A DNA stretch of 61,530 bases, filler included, from Sphacelaria rigidula (taxonomy: Eukaryota), in assembly GCA_964200075.2 (NCBI GenBank). It is 4 parts of 4 records of this genome, joined end to end, with 100 filler letters (N's around TTAATTAATTAA, not from the genome) between each part and the next. Parts side by side here need not be neighbours in the genome. Positions count along the whole stretch, not along the records: positions 46,225 to 61,530 come from CAXNAA020001807.1; 3 more parts are not named here. The stretch is one strand, 5' to 3'. The notes under the pieces are model-generated. The model saw nothing but the letters and a program-made list of their open reading frames with translations. It ran no database searches and had not been told where the DNA came from. A program made the translations under genes and the position numbers. Below, one piece after another: positions 59,948-61,530 of this stretch (position 1 is its first letter; every line of letters begins with the position of its first letter).

Positions 59948-60206
59948 TGTGACGGAAATATGCCGTTACGTTGAGTTGGTAGTGATTATATGGATATGAC
60001 TGGGGGTACGGGGATTCTGGAGGATTCTGGATAATGACCGGGGACACGGGGATGGTACCCTCCAGGTCTAGAAGATTGGTGCCTTGGAAGGGTATTCCTG
60101 GTGACATGAGATGCTGTCAAGGCTGACAACTTCAGCTGAGGCCGGTGAGATTGGGGAGTCCCTCAACAGCATTGATCCACCAGTCCTTCTTCTGGCTGGC
60201 GTCACA
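59948..60206 (+). repeat. 3' LTR (259 bp)
   Basis: TGTGACG...CGTCACA, preceded by a G-rich tract GGGGGGTGC and followed by the GACC TSD. Confidence 0.95.
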
Positions 60207-61072
60207 GACCACTAAGGGAGAATGTATATAAAACATAGAGCTATCTACATGATCCGAAAGGAGCTATTGGGTGTTCTGAAATTTCAGGAACAGTATATGT
60301 TGGCTGTTCGGACCAGAGGGGAAAAAAATCCTGGCCTTCAACATGAAGCATCTTGGTCAGGAGACAAACGACCCGCATTCTATTATCAAAATTATACTAC
60401 AACCTCTGAGCTCGGTTTCTCAACCTTTTGGAGACCTGTAGTCTACTCGGTGCCTTCGAGGGGTCCATTTCGCACAAGTCCGAGCGCCTTTTTTCATTCC
60501 CATTTTATAATCATTACTCTCCATTTTTCAGGATTCCCTGTTATCGATAGGTTGCCGACACCCCTACAGCTCAGTTTTGAGAGTTGTGCTTCGAAACTTG
60601 GTGCGGAGAACCGCTAGAGTAGAGTGTAGAGCAGGTTTGCGAGATATCGCGATCTTTTTCCAATCGAGGGCAAAATACGACATCCATTTTCTAAAGCAAC
60701 GTCCCGAACTCTTGAAAAATAGTTCCGATGTCCTGCATTCTTTTTACTATATTACCAATATGTCCTTGCGATCCTTCATACCAAGTTCAATCATATCAAT
60801 CCGAAGAGTGTCGCCGGCTGTCATGATGGGCATATTAGCCTGTTGTCATGCCGCCTCAGACCCGTCGATGAGTCCAGCTTTATATCTCAACCCAGGCTAT
60901 TTTAAGACTGCAGGTCTGTTTGGAGTTAACAGCCGATCCTAATTTTTGGGGTTGAAGTATAAAATGAGGTTCAACCCGCAAATCGCTTCCGTTGGGAAAA
61001 TACCAAACAGTAGCACAAAAGGAAGGTATTTTCCCCCAAAACGCCGCAGGCGGAGTTGGGCAGTTCGGGCAA

Positions 61073-61461
61073 GGTGCACCCAACGAATGCGGTGTACACG
61101 CGTGTCGATGGCGATATCACCAGAGAGAGAAGCAAGGACAGAGAGGAAGCTCCTCGCCCGTGTCCTGTGTGTGTCCTCGCTCGGCGATTACCAAACGCTC
61201 GAGAGACTGGCATCATGCATGTTATCAGTATGAACTGAACTTTCCATGTTGTGCCTAAAGACCGACCTGCGGAGAGATTCTGTCTCTTCGTCTTGCCTCA
61301 GCACCTCATCATCTATGCGAAGATCATTTCTCTCTGGCTCTCTTTTTGGACAGCACGCGCCTCTGTGCGCTGAAGAACGTGTCCTTGAAAAACAGGGCAA
61401 TATTTCCGTCACCGCTACTACTGTTCTCTGTCACACACATGCCCGCAAGGACGGTGCTGCG
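61073..61461. repeat. Dispersed repeat, copy 2 (of 52243-52617)
   Basis: Colinear similarity over about 380 bp. Both copies are preceded about 110 bp upstream by AAAATGAGGTTCAA. Confidence 0.9.
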
Positions 61462-61530
61462 GCAAAACCAGATAGATCCAACATGAACTTGGGGGGTGTT
61501 ATTCATCGTCGATTGTCCGCCACCCCGACC

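Larger units (their letters stand above)
54382..60206 (+). mobile_element. Decayed Ty3/Gypsy LTR retrotransposon with integrase chromodomain
   Basis: Paired LTRs with a GACC 4-bp TSD. Domains in order: gag CCHC knuckle CHRCGQVGHYARDC (55645-55686), protease VLNSGA, RT (DLLQGYWQMPL, VPQG, I*VDD), RNase H (FPDASESHWG, WATIDKEGFAI, FTDYRNL), integrase C-half (YSPCSNGTCER, TGPWRVVG) and a chromodomain-like VLVDWVGFE...T*EP. Many stops and frameshifts. Confidence 0.95.

Overview
Eukaryotic, intron-rich and repeat-rich genomic DNA. The gene structure and the transposon/SINE repertoire point to a brown alga or other photosynthetic stramenopile; this is an inference. Three 100-nt N gaps with a TTAATTAATTAA linker split the window into four contigs, so neighbourhood across gaps is not guaranteed. 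Contig 1 (1-15309) carries nine + strand exons of a Pol-beta-fold nucleotidyltransferase of the plant-type PAP/OAS1 substrate-binding family whose catalytic motif looks degenerate. Its introns hold a tRNA-derived SINE, a minisatellite and a decayed RTE-type LINE with a nested MITE. Contig 2 (15410-30717) carries the 3' exons of a minus-strand discoidin/CBM32-like gene, a hAT-type MITE and a run of about six piggyBac-like elements joined at TTAA sites. Contig 3 (30818-46124) is mostly decayed sequence, with foldbacks and a TGT...ACA MITE that contains TTAGGG repeats. Contig 4 (46225-61530) carries the last two exons of a copine, a ~151-bp satellite and a decayed chromodomain-bearing Ty3/Gypsy LTR element with nested insertions. 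Most ORFs in the supplied track are spurious. Family assignments rest on manual translation and remembered consensus motifs, not on database searches.
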